The notes under the pieces are model-generated. The model was not told the DNA's origin. It did not search any database and saw only the letters and a list, made by a program, of their open reading frames with translations. A stretch of DNA of 64,000 nucleotides from Azolla caroliniana (taxonomy: Eukaryota; Plantae; Polypodiophyta). Within the stretch, counting starts at the first letter, position 1. Each line of letters begins with the position of its first letter. The stretch lies in contig JBHGNT010000004.1 of the NCBI GenBank assembly GCA_043228905.1, positions 23,870,001 to 23,934,000 on the forward strand, written 5' to 3'. Made by a program: the position numbers and the translations under genes. This document shows, piece by piece, positions 13,323 through 26,214 of this stretch.

Positions 13323-15244
13323 GTGGATGGTTTAATTGGACCATGAGAAATGGGTTCTTGTTTGGACTTCATGGGGTAACACAACAACTCCGTCGGATGA
13401 AAGGGAAGTTGAAATGACAATTTTCGCAACTATGTTGTTTGGGGACCTTATCCCAAGAGGAGAGAGAGGTATGTCATCTAGTTTTGCAACACTTGAGCGG
13501 GTTTCCCTTGCATTATCACTATTTTTGATGTAGTAAAGATAACAAGGGTTGTATTATCATCTTGTTTTAATAACAAACATTGATTTACGAAGAGAGAGAG
13601 AGAGAGAGAGAGAGAATGTGAAAAAGAGTCATCAAAAGCTCTATTATTGAAATTGAGAAGCCACATGAAGGGAGAATAGATAGAGATATTATATCACCAT
13701 AAGAAAGATGATAAAGCCTAGTGTAAGACTACTTCTCGTAGAATGTGATAATGAAAGCTTAGCAACCTTGTAATGCAACAATCTATACAAATGATGCTTT
13801 ATGAATCAATGCACTTGGTTTACAATAGGTCATTTTTCAACAGTTATATGTTCTAATATTACAAAAGACTGTTGTACATAACAATGGGTTGCATTCTTTC
13901 CAGAAATGTTGGGTCTATTTATGTATATAGGCTTTACAAAATGGCAACAATTTCTAGAAACATAATGTGGCAACGAAATGTTTTGCATCTACTAAATTGG
14001 AGTCGCGAATTTTGATGCAAAAGAAGTTAAAGAGATACCTAATGCGGTGTATGCATATGTATAGTTAATGATTTCTCATTGAAGTGTTTCAAATATTTTA
14101 GACCTAAGAGACAAAATAGTTGAATGGTCCCGAGATACATATATTTTGTAATAAGCATCGGCGTAAATTTACTGGACAATGAAAACGCAATCAAAATTGC
14201 ATTTGTCAAGTTTTCTTGTGGCCATCTTAAGAGTGATTTTACTATTAGCCTTCTTATTGGGTTATGATCTCTTAATTTTTGTTATAACCAATATCGGTTC
14301 ATAAACTTGTTTTGAAGTTTCAAGATTGATTAGAAAGTGCACTCAATGTTTCCCACTAGCATAAGTGGTGGGATCAAATTTTGTAGAAGGTGGTAATGAA
14401 GGTTCATAAGAAATTACCATTGAAGAACTTTGAAGATCATGCAATCCTAGGTTTAGCATATACAAACAATGAAGAAATGAAAATGATATTTAAGTATGAA
14501 TCCTATTATCGATGTTTGTAGTTTGGATGTATCAAAATAGTGTCAACATAACACCACCACACGCTAAGATTTATTGATACACAAATTCTTAGTAATTTCT
14601 TCTCTTTCTCTAGAATAAAACCTTGAAACATTGTTATTTATTTTTCACCCAATCAACGAGGAGCTCAACATTCAACTTTTTTTTTACCAAAAAAGAATAT
14701 ACTCCATTAGTTAAAATATACACAACTTCGATCCCTTTCTCGGGTTGGCCTTGCCTAAACTATCCTATCATTCATGAGTGATCTCACTTATTTATCTTAC
14801 ACTTGTGCATGTGTCTCTAGCCAACCTTTCATGCACATCACAAGAACATAAAGAGGGAAATTCTCCTACAATAAGCATTTAAATGTTATTGCTCAAGGAA
14901 CCAATCCACCAAATCACATTGCATTATCTTCTATTTCCCTACATTTCCCTTGTCACATGTCTTGTCATGTCCATATTTATAAGACATCTCACACCATAAT
15001 AATAAATTTGAAGAGTGAAAGTTCTATTTGCTACATGGATATGATGTAGATTCTAGACAATATATTTCATCATTTTCATGTGGATAAAGCAATTCTTGAT
15101 GAACTTAAAATCTTCTTCCTATGCAAATAGAGACTAATATCAAAATCACATTCCATATCCGTTTTACAAACACGAGCCTATTATTCCATGCAAAGCTACA
15201 TGAAGGCAATGATATGTTCAAGTTGAAAACTATGTTTGAATAGA

Positions 15245-15705
15245 CTGCGTTCCAACCTTTTGTTGTACTACTTACAATTGCTCAATCACAATCACTATTA
15301 TGGTCCAAATGGAAGAGATTAAATATAACCATAAACCGAAAGGTTGTAGAGCCCTTATAGCATGATATAAAATGAGCAAAAAATCTTCATCCAATCAATC
15401 ATTTTGTAGATGAATACTTTAACAATAGAATGATCGAACTTTTGTTTTGTGAGATCTTGAGGTCTAAACTAAAAGATGTGTTCCGACCTTTTGTTGTACT
15501 AACAATTGTTCAACCACAATCACTATTATGGTCCAAATGGAAGAGATTAAACATAACCATAAACTGAAAAGTTGCAGAGCCCTTATAACATGATATAAAA
15601 TGGGCAAAGAATCTTCATCCAATCAATCATTTTGTAGATGAATACTTTAACATTAGATGGACCGAAGTTTTGTTTTGTGAGATCCTGAGGTCTAAACTAA
15701 AAGAT
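15245..15705. repeat. Tandem duplication of about 230 bp
   Basis: ACCTTTT(T)GTTGTACTA...GAGGTCTAAACTAAAAGATG occurs twice back to back. Confidence 0.85.
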
Positions 15706-16269
15706 GAGAAACTATGTTAATAGTATATAGTCTTTTTAAGTTTGCCCAATGCACAATGTGATTATTTTTCTCCGTGAAATCTTGGGGACTTCTATCTTGT
15801 TTATGTTGTTCTGTCATAGATCCAATCATTTGATGATTTATAGCTTCTTTTCATATCTCATTGTCCCCCTTTTTCTGCAATGATTTGTTCGCTCTCTCTC
15901 TCTCTATGCGATAGCTTCTATCTTTTATTAATTTCCCTCTCTTTCTTTAATCTTTACCAATCATTGAGCAAGCATATATATATATATATATTAGTCTTGA
16001 TTATTTATATTCTATGGTACATAGGCTTGAGTGATTACATTTTACAAGAAAATTGGGTATTAAGTTAGTGTGTGCCCATTTTAAGCTACATTATAAAAGT
16101 CATTTACATAAACTACAATACATAATAGTATTACTTTCGAAATAGGTACGGAATAAGAAGGATTAGAAAGATGAAAGGTTCACAAAGAGTAAAATGTGTT
16201 AAAGAAACGGAATAAGTGCTTTGGAGATATACAAAAGAGTTTTAGCCGAGAAAGTGGAAGGGCACTTTG

Positions 16270-17810
16270 CTAAAGACTTATAGCCTGGGCGATCTGGAGA
16301 TCCTTTACCGCTCGTGTCAACTCCTCCAAAGTTGTTCCCCTGGACGAGCCTCTGACCACGCCGGTCGAAGCCGAACCAGTTTCGAGCCACTCCCGAGTCT
16401 CTTCCCTTCGCGCCTGCGATATCGGTTCGAGCTTCCTTGCTGCGACAGGTCCCACCCCGGTCGCCTCTGTATCAGCCCACTCCCATCGTTTGTCAAAACG
16501 GCCGCAGACTCTTTTTACCGCGGCCCAGTCGGCCGTCAGCCCGTCTTCGGTTTCCAGTAAGGAGCCAACTTGCCCCCGATCTCGTGCGTCAACCGATTTG
16601 ACAAACAACAGGACACGACTTGTGTCCAGAACGGTCCGATCGAGCGCCGAAAGGCGCGCAAAGCATTCCTCAAACTCCCGGAGGAGTACCGACGCATTTC
16701 TTCCTTGGTTGGGGGACTCCACCCACTCCAAGAAGCTCTGCTTCGAAAGTCGAAGCGCGTCATCCAGCCCGTATTTCTCCAGGAACTGTCCTTCGAACTC
16801 CTCCCAAGTCCAGCTCTCCGTTCGGACCTCGACCACCTCCGCATGGATGCCCGGCATCACCACTCCAGGGAATCCGGCAAGACGCCTCTCTTTCGGAATA
16901 TCCCTCATCAACATCTCCGCCCGGTAGGACACCAAATAACTCGTGGCATCCTTTCCACTGAACTGGCCGATCGTACCGACGATTGCCTCAATAGCCCTGT
17001 CAAGGGCGCCGGTGCCCTCGCGCGCGCTCACTATCCGGTCCACGGCCGAAGCCATGGTCTCTGCAAGATCCGAACCCCTCATTTTCCGCTCCTTTGCCGC
17101 CCGTTTCACGTCGGGTTCACCAAATATGTTGCGTTACTACGCGCGTGCGTGGAGAAATGAGGCGGGACCACCGGGGTCTTGGACCGAAGAGCAGGTGATA
17201 GAAGGGGAATGAGAAAGAGAGAGACGCCCTGTCACGTATGAGTAAGAAACACAGGGGCACGACCCGTCAACACAGAAGACGCGAAGGGACACAGAGATAA
17301 GGAGACACAAGTGTTTGTATATTAACGAGTAACAGAATACACAACAAGGCACGCGAGCGGTTACAACCGAACAGGCCAGCGAACAAATGTCGATGCCTGT
17401 TCGTCTGCGCACGAAAGGAGAAAAGGGTGGAGGTGCTGCCGGAAGCACACGGGCGTTCCTCGAAGCAGCGCGAGCCTCCCGAAAACCTGTAGAGAAGAGT
17501 GATGGAGAATGAACAGAGGAGAAGCGTTCGGTTCCGGTCCGACAGCACTTCGTCCTCCCTAATGCGCGCCCCCTTCTCCCTGCGTCTCCCTCTCCTTTAT
17601 AATGTCAAGAAGGGAGCCGTCTCCCTCTCCTTTATAACGTCAAGAAGGGAGCCGTCTCCCTCATTTACTTCCTACCTACCGAATCTAACTACCCAGGATA
17701 TCTCTATGTACCTAATTCTCTATTATATACATTAAGAGCGCGCACACGTGAAGGGCCGGTTCATGGGCGCTATTCACCGATTGCGCCAAGGGATGGTTTT
17801 CTTCACGACA
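16270..17810 (-). mobile_element. Truncated Ty3/gypsy-type LTR retrotransposon: 5' LTR (17810-17127), tRNA-Trp PBS, gag fragment
   Basis: LTR starts TGTCGTGAAGA and ends AACA. PBS TGGTGAACCCGACGTGAA (17122-17105) is complementary to the plant tRNA-Trp 3' end. 279-aa gag-like ORF (FSGKDATSYL...WTWEEFEGQFLEKYG); no pol. Confidence 0.8.
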
Positions 17811-17874
17811 ATGTACTATAAGTAAAATAAGTATTTTATAAGTATTTAACATATTAAGAAAACGTATTTAACGT

Positions 17875-18673
17875 TGTCGTAGTGTATTTCGTACACTACG
17901 TGAAAACCGTATATAGTACTAGATTAAATAAATACGAAGAAATAGAAGAAAATATAAAAATATATATTACACGCATAGGGCAAGATTCAAACATGTACCT
18001 CCATGTTAATTATTTGAAGGCTTACCATTACACTAACACATCATGAGTGTTAAAAAAGTAAATATCCCACATAGAAATGTTATTTCACGCATATTTTCTA
18101 GGAAAAAGCTTTAGTTAGAAGAAAAACGCATGATAGAAAAAAGCTACACATGCACATTTAACGTGCATAAACACTATAATCAATAAAAAATGCATGAGGT
18201 TAGAAAAAGCATAATCACTTTTAGAAAAAAAAACATGTTAGAGAAAGTATATAGTCTATAGAGAGAGAAAGCATGGAGTCCATAGTTGGAGAAAAAGCAT
18301 GGATTGCTAAGACTCTCTCATCACTATATAAGGATGTGGAGCACAATGTAATAAGGGGGAAAAAAAATATAAAAAAATTATGGGGTGATTATTATTGTCT
18401 AAATATTGATTAATATAATACTCGTGGGATTCATAAGGTTTTCGATCTCTCTTTTCCAATCTATTCCTATTGATTCCAATCTATTCCAAAGTATAATTAG
18501 GATTAATATTAATAAAACTAATAAACTATATTTGTGGGACTCACGAATTTCTATCTCTCTTTCTTATAATCTATTCATAACTAAACTCGTCTCAAATTAT
18601 TCCTCCTCCTAGTCCAAAACCCCAACGGTTCCCACCCGACTCACATAACGATCCGGCGCCGAAAGGCACGACA
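17875..18673 (+). mobile_element. Solo LTR related to 8974-9980
   Basis: TGTCGT...ACGACA termini; flanks ACGT/ATGT; TATATAA near 18325. U5-end GTCCAAAACCCCAACGGTTCC is similar to the reverse complement of 9010-9035. Confidence 0.75.
17975..18040 (-). pseudogene. tRNA-derived sequence inside second solo LTR
   Basis: Minus strand reads TAGTGTAATGGTAAGCC...AACATGGAGGTACATGTTTGAATCTTGCCC and aligns with the 9423-9494 module. Confidence 0.55.
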
Positions 18674-19235
18674 ATGTATTTTTAAATTGGGAGGTACTAT
18701 ACGCGTATTAATACGTTATATAGGGTTAAATATTAATAAAACTAATAAACTATATTCGTGGGATTCACGAATTTCTATCTCTCTTTCTTATAATCTATTC
18801 ATAACTAAACTCGTCTCAAATTCTTCCTCCTCCTAGTCCAAAACCCCAATGATTCCCACACGACAAAGTATAATTAGGGTTAAATATTAATAAAACTAAT
18901 AAACTATGTTCGTGGGATTCACAAATTTCTATCTCTCTTTCTTATAATCTATTCATAACTAAACTCGTCTCAAATTCTTCCTCCTCCTAGTCCAAAACCC
19001 CAACAGTTCCCACCCGACAAAGTATAATTAGGGTTAAATATTAATAAAACTAATAAACTATGTTCGTGGGATTCACGAATTTCTATCTCTCTTTCTTATA
19101 ATCTATTTATAACTAAACTCGTCTCAAATTCTTCCTCCTCCTAGTCCAAAAACCCAGCGGTTCCCACCCGACTCACACAACGATCCGGCGCCGAAAGGCA
19201 CGACAATGTATTTTTAAATTGGGAGGTACTATACG
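18489..19235. repeat. Tandem array of an about 155-bp LTR 3'-end unit (4 copies)
   Basis: TAGG(G)TTAAATATTAATAAAACTAATAAACTAT...CTAGTCCAAAACCCC is repeated. The LTR end GGCACGACA plus flank appears at 18673 and 19205. Confidence 0.85.
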
Positions 19236-19899
19236 GGTGAAAGCATGCGAGTGGAAACAATTAGCTGTGTCCTTGACATAGCTAATTAGCTATGCAAAAA
19301 GCTACCATTGATAAATAGTCATTTTTGCAAAAAGCTACCATTGAAAATAGTAGAGAGTTTTAATTATATAAATGAGCACCATAAATGTGCAACATAAACG
19401 TGCAACATAAATTGATATGTGCACCATAAATTATATACCGAATTCCTAGGTCCATTATGCATGATCCTTGGCCACATCACGTGAGCCACCTTTGGTTGAG
19501 TATTTTGGTTTAGATTACTACCACTGTTGTTAAACCCTATTGAGTTCACTCCTCCATAGTCGCCATTCTCCACTCTCTCTTTCTCTCCCTCTCTCTCTGT
19601 ACAACCTGTATACAATGATAACAACCACACTTTCAAATTGATTGCCCTAAGTCATATTTATACTTATATGAATTTAGGACTATTTACAAATATGCCCTTG
19701 ACAGGCACATGAGAAACATAGTTACAAATTTGTTCCTTCTTACGGTTCATACCGAATCCGGCTGGATACCTCCTGGAACCATCTGACCTAGTTTCTAGGT
19801 ATCTTCCGAATCCATCTGATCCAGTTCTCATCCGAATCCCATCCAGAGGGATTGGTTTCCCAACACTCTGAGGTCATTGGGCGACCATCGCACCACATG

Positions 19900-21310
19900 C
19901 ACCTAAGGTCATTGGGCGAGCATCGGTTGCGTGATGGACCCTCGCCTTCCCTCTAGGCCTAAGCGATTTGGAGGTCGGGTACCGTCTTCGTTAGCTCATC
20001 AAGTGTCGCTCCCTCAAATGGCCCCTCGACCACGTTGGTCTGAACAAGCCTTGACTTGAGTCGTCTTCTCGTTTCATCCGGTCGGGTCGGCACATCCCCC
20101 ACACTTCTTCCACTCGTCGTCGGTCCTGCATGCGACATTCCCTCGTCATTCCACTCCCACCATTTATCGAAACGGCTACAAACTGTCTTCACCATGGCCT
20201 AGTCAGTGGTGAGCCCTTCATCCTTTTCCAACAGACAACCGACCTTCTCCCGATCAAGCAGGTAGACCAACTTGATGAAAAGGAGGTGTCCAACACCATC
20301 CAGTCCAACGTTGACAGCCACACAAATCACCTCTTGAATTCTAGGAGAAGCATCGACGTGTTCCGTCCTTTGTTGGGGAGCTCAACCCACTCAATAAGCT
20401 CCCTCTTTGACAATCGAAGTGAGTCGTCGAGTCCATATCTTTCGAGGAGTCACCCCTCGAAGTCCTGCCAATTGCGCCAGTGAGCCTGAACCTCGAGCAC
20501 CTCGACGTGGATTGTTGGTGTGACCACCCGGGGAAATCCAGATAACCGTTCATCTTTTGAGATGTCCCGTATAAGCATTTTGGCCTTGTACGCCTCCAAG
20601 TAGTTGGTGACGTCCTTTCCATTGAATCGGCCCGTCGTGCCGACTATTGTTTCAATGGCTCTGTCGAGCCCCGATGAGACCTCACGGGCGTTTACAAGGC
20701 GGTTCACGACGGCCACCATAGCTTCTACGAGATCATCCCCTCTCACCATCCTAACTCCTTTGTCGTCCTTTCACGTAGGGTTCACCAAAGATGTCATGGT
20801 ATTCGCAGGTACGTGTTGGATAAGGAGGGGGCAAGCGGGGCCTTGAACCAAGGAGTTGGAGAGAGAAAGAGAGAGAGTATCCAAATTTCTTCACAAGCGC
20901 ATGGGCCCACAACGCGATCGTATCCAGATCTGTTGTCGGGTTCCAAAGGTCAAGTACACGGGCTCAGAGACTCAAATGAATGAGAGAAACGGACTCAAAC
21001 AGAGACAAGGATGCTCCAAACACAGAGAAAGAGATACAACGAATACCAATGTTTGATCAGAAGAAAAAGAAAAAGAAATTACAACCGGACTCGGTCGGTG
21101 ATAGAGCTACGAGCTCTACATACCCAGGCACATAGAAACAATGAGCCTCTAGTCGGGAGATCATGGGCTTCCTATGCAAGCAGATGCCTCACCTTCCCTA
21201 ACTGAATGCACAAAGCATGAAACCAAACTCTTAGCTCTCAGACCGACAACGTATACCCCTGCAAAACCGTGGATCCCTTCTAAGTCTCCTCTCCCTCCTT
21301 TTATAGCTCA

Positions 21311-21359
<49 letters not shown>

Positions 21360-21616
21360 TTACATCAAGCTGTTATCACGACCGCTTTTCTATCCCCGAT
21401 CCTCTCCTCGATTTACTGCCATCATGTCCTATTATTTTCTCTATTCGTGCGATCATAAAGTACCTATTAAAACACTCCTACATAGTACATAGTACTCAAC
21501 AACACGTAAATATTTACATTTGTTTGTACATAAAGACTCTACGTGTGCATCCGTGCACACCCTTGTTCACATGCGGTCGGCGAGTTTTCTCCTTGTGGAC
21601 GCAATCCTCCACGACA
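19900..21616 (-). mobile_element. Second truncated gypsy-type element of the same lineage: LTR (21616-20792), tRNA-Trp PBS, frameshifted gag
   Basis: PBS TGGTGAACCCTACGTGAA (20787-20770). Gag pieces LDRAIETIVGTTGRFNGKDVTNYLEAY and LDELTKTVPDLQIA are paralogous to 16270-17109. LTR starts TGTCGT. Confidence 0.8.
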
Positions 21617-21699
21617 ACGGCATAATCAAATATGAAAATGACACGAATCAATATCAATTTTGTCATTTATTTCTAGGTTGTTACCGTCTTAGGATTTAA

Positions 21700-22700
21700 T
21701 GATTGGAGCACACATATTGTTTTAACTTTAGGTTTATGGGTGGTTTCCCTGACCATGTTGAATGGAGTGATAAGTTCAATAAGTATTCTCCTTAAGCTTG
21801 TAATTACTTTGCATCCCATTTGGTGGCGCTTCATGAAATGATTACATTACAAAATCGAATCAACTTCTTGCTTTTGATTCCTCATTGGTTTATCATCAAG
21901 AAGTTGAGAGTAGTAACCAATCCACGTGGCCATAGGATGTATTTAACGTGTCATTGAGTTTGTGTATTAAAACACATAAATTTGTATTTATTAAGTTCAT
22001 GATAACTTTCTTGCCATGGACATTGGAGTTCATAATCGCTTTGCAAAAAGGAATATTGGCGTCATAGGACTCACGTTGTTTGTGTACACATTTGGACATC
22101 CATGTGAATGGGGGATGGCTATATACTTGGAGACAGAACACTATTATGTCTATTTCATGTTATCATAAGAAAAGATATCATTGACAAGGTAATCCACCAT
22201 CCTTCCCTTGATTATCATTGAAAAGTGTTCACATTAACATCCATGCTTGAGGTAGGCATTATTTATCTCATTCCCGATGATGAACCACCTCATGCAATCT
22301 CTCTAGTACAAATAAGCAATGTAATAGCCATAAACTCTTCTTAGAAGTTATAATTGATAATACAAAGACAAATACATTCAATGTTTTTGTAGTTTAAGTT
22401 ATTGAATGTTATCAAAGTCATGTGCACATACAAGGACTATCTGACCCAAGCTACCTTGTTTTACTATGTCAAGTACCACACCAATACATGTTTCCTATTT
22501 AAGATACCTACCTCACGAAAGGAATGCAACCAAAGAGATCCAATCATTTTTTATTTTTTATTTTACCATTATAAGATCCAAACTTCTACATCACTTCTAA
22601 TATATATCCTTAACAAGAAGTCAATGTCGACAATCGAGTCATCTTGCATGGAATGTTACCATAGGATGTACAACCAACTCCTTCCTAGATATATGTTTCC
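21700..22700 (-). mobile_element. Highly degenerate Ty1/copia-like integrase-region relic
   Basis: SKCVHKQRESY...IMNSNVHG resembles the CxxCxxxKQxRxSF...IHSDVxG junction; a WSGKP-like sequence lies downstream. Confidence 0.35.
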
Positions 22701-23204
22701 TTGATCATGAATTTTCATCACCTTCATTCCTTATTGGATAAAACATAAAAGAGAATGTGCTTTTGCAATGGAAACACTAGATTGATGGCACATAACCTAT
22801 TATGTAGGTTGATATGTTCCCTTGATTGTGAATTTGCATCACCTCATCGCACAACACATGGAAAACTACTTTCTTCTACAAAGGAAAATCTATATTGATG
22901 CCACATAACTTATTATAGAGGTAATTGTGATACACGCACTTTTGTATAATTAAATTGAGGGCTAACTTTCCCTTTTATCTTAAAATGATCACCCGTTAAC
23001 CAATCTACCTAACACTTTAGCGTGGATGGTTGGAGTTTGCATAAATTCTTCTAGCCAAGTTGTCAACATAGTAAAGTTTCTCATATGAATAAGACATTTA
23101 GTTGGCACATCCTTGAATCCTTCCACTAGAGGTTGTAGATATGTGACAAAAAAACACCATGGTATTGTATAACCTAGAAGTTCAAGACTTGATATATGAC
23201 GTGG

Positions 23205-23732
23205 ATGTCATCTTTCATCCACTCACCTTGATTGTGATCAAGATTTCCTATTTTCACAAATTCGGCTGCTGCTCTTAAATTGAAGCAAACTTTCATCGAC
23301 TATGCTTCCCATCAAGCTTCCATTTGATCATGAATATGATGTCTCTATCTCGGTTTTCAGAATTTTAGCCATCTTGTGTTTTGTCTATTGATTTTCTGTG
23401 AAACGCATAGAGGAGGATTGTTCCATTTGTCAGCATGTATCATCTGAATTGATTGTAACTTGTTTCACTTTGTTGGATGTTGATGTTTGTGGTTATGGAC
23501 AAGCCATCTAATAAAATTGGTGGAATTAGGAGATGCATTGATTTCCTCTTCCCTAGTGAGAGCCTAGATCCTATGATTCTTAGGGTTCATTGTTCAATAG
23601 GCTCCCATTTATAGCTTTATTAAAGCCACGCCTCCTTACTATCTTCCCAAGATTCTCTCTAGACTGCACCACAAAGCTCATTTCATTTCAAATAGTGTGT
23701 ACCTTCGATGCTTATGAGGGGTTGTAGTTTTA
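23205..23732 (-). pseudogene. Duplicated fragment of PTST3 exon 3 with intron flanks
   Basis: Colinear with 2277-2757 but with many short insertions that break the frame. Confidence 0.9.
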
Positions 23733-26214
23733 GTTACATATTGGAGTTTGGTTGTCTCAAATTATGCTTGTAATTTGAGCTCCTTGGGTGGATATGATCA
23801 TGTCAACGTGGTCTTTGTTATTGATTTTAGCTTCGTACTGAAGCATATTCTTCTTCAAGTGCCCCTAGATCGTGCATTTGGCATATCATGTATTTTGTTT
23901 ATGTCAATGCATTGTTTTGAGATAGAATCCGTTAAATCTTTATTTGCCAAATGACATACTTGTGGGTGCATAGTGTATCAACGCCTTTGTCCAACAAAAC
24001 TTTAAAAGATTTTGCCACCATTGTAAGCGCCATGTGTTGTGTCTTGTGATTATTTGTAGGTCATATGTTACAACACTATGCTCCTTCCATGAACACATAG
24101 CTCATCTTTGCTTCTCTAGCATGCACTTAGTGTAGTGCAAATACATGGGTCAACTATTGAGCATGTTGTTGAGATGTGATAAGTATGTGTTTTAGCATGT
24201 GCATCTTGAAGGGAGACACTTGTACGCAAATGCTCATACCACATCATTGTAGGGAGAAAATTGAGAAAATGTAAACTTGGTGAGGACTTGTAATTAGTAA
24301 AATTTGAAATACCACGGGATTCAGGGTGCACTTGATCATTAAGTTAGCTAGTTGGTTAGCCATCCCTCTTGATCCTTGCTAGTTCGTCTTGGTGTGCAAT
24401 GGTGACCTAGAAGCAATCAACAAAGCAAGTGAAGAAGTTTCTGTGAGTCGATTATTGGCATGGAACTTGAGTCATTAGACAATATAGGTAACAATGTGAT
24501 GTTGCATTCAACACATTGGGTGAATAACAATAATGGGTTTTTTAACTTTAGCATTTTTTCTTTCATAATCTATTAAAGTCGGGGTTGCCTTGCAACTAAA
24601 AATGTAGCACTCGAGCAAGGGAATCAATGACCTCTTGGTGTTTCTCACAAATAATAATACCATGAGGAGTTATTCCAATCAATTACCAACTAGAAGGAGC
24701 ATTGGTATCTCTATGAAGATAAGCTTTGCAAGCACCTCAAATCCCTTCAAAAGGACGAAAGATTAGGCTGCTCTCCATGTAATTTATGTCACTTAATTAG
24801 GTGCACTGCATGATTCAAATGCACCCTTTTCCTTTTGGTATATATTTCATTCTCTCCACACAAACATGTACACACACATCAAACATAACACATATACAGT
24901 AGTGTTAATCACAACATTAATTACTTTGATAATGATCAATCACTGAACATCGTAACTTCAATTATTATCCAATACAACATGATGAGTTGTAGGCCAAGTT
25001 TGATGCCATCTCGCACCAAGTGGTGGCTACAACATCCATGACCACCCCCTTGATACCGCATCAAATAATTGGGCTACCCCCACTTGAATTGCACATGAGA
25101 GCTCGTAACCAATGCCACCAATGTGGCAAACCTGGTCACTAATTTTCATCATCAAAAGGCATGCAAGCCAAAGCCTAACACAACCTAGTGTTGCAATAAT
25201 GTTAAGTATTGAGGAGGAGATGATGGTCACATCCTCACACCAACATGTCATGGTCACATACCAATAGAGTGTCACACACATGCTCAATGATGTTGTTTCC
25301 CTTAGTGTCTGACATGCCATCAAAGGGCCAACTCCATGCACATCACTTGAGTTTCCGAGACATTTATGTACCATCAAGTGCTTGCACATCACTTGAGTCT
25401 CTTAGCATTCCATGTATTATAGTCAAGGGGCCATGCGCTTGCTCAATGACGTGTGTCTGTTGTCGTTCCATGCACATATTTGGGTATAAAACCACACCCA
25501 TATTTCCTTCTACTTGGCAATCAGTTGAAACTTGATATTATTGTTTCTGTTCCATTTCTACCGTTGCAACCATAACACAATCATCCCAGAATTTGAAGAA
25601 AAATGGGTTTTGCAAAATACTAAACGTATGATTTTAAGCATGTGATGGATATTTACTTTTGAATGAAGGACATAAGGTGATATATGTTTGAGGGATATAG
25701 AAGATAGGATCAATATACATAATTACCCTCTACAATAAGAGGGACAATTATGATTTAATTTCTGTGAAAATGATAATTTAGAGAATATCGTGCTTTAAAC
25801 TTGGAAATGTATAAGAGTCAAAACTATTGAAGAGGGCGACTAATTGTGACATGCACGCAACGGTCCGAATTATTATAAAAGAGTCACTTCCTAGTTGAAC
25901 TAAGCGTCCCCCTCTCTCTCCTGACTTAATGAGATCCTTTCATTCTTTTAAGTAACAAATTAAATATAAATGATACACACCAAATATGAGAATAACAGGG
26001 AATTACTTAAATAGGAGTACAGGCCACAATTAGGCTAAAACAGCTTACTTAAAAAAGACAAATTTTACATAAGTATACACATACACACACTCTCTTCTAC
26101 TACTTCTTATCCATTCATTTTATTCTTATTTCTTATTTCTTAGCAACACACACACACACACACACATATATATAGCTCAATGTGAGTAGTATTGGTAGTG
26201 GTGATGGTGCATGG

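Noticed and set aside
13700-15240. Possible decayed TE coding sequence
   Set aside because: No motif could be recognised with confidence.
16267-17212. Several overlapping plus-strand ORFs (also opposite the germins and the MBD gene)
   Set aside because: Antisense shadows of GC-rich coding sequence with no recognisable motifs.
18489-19235. CRISPR-like array
   Set aside because: Long contiguous units with no unique spacers, in eukaryotic DNA, and derived from an LTR.
19280-19865. Additional solo LTR ending TTTCCCAACA
   Set aside because: One plausible terminus, but no matching other end or TSD could be fixed.
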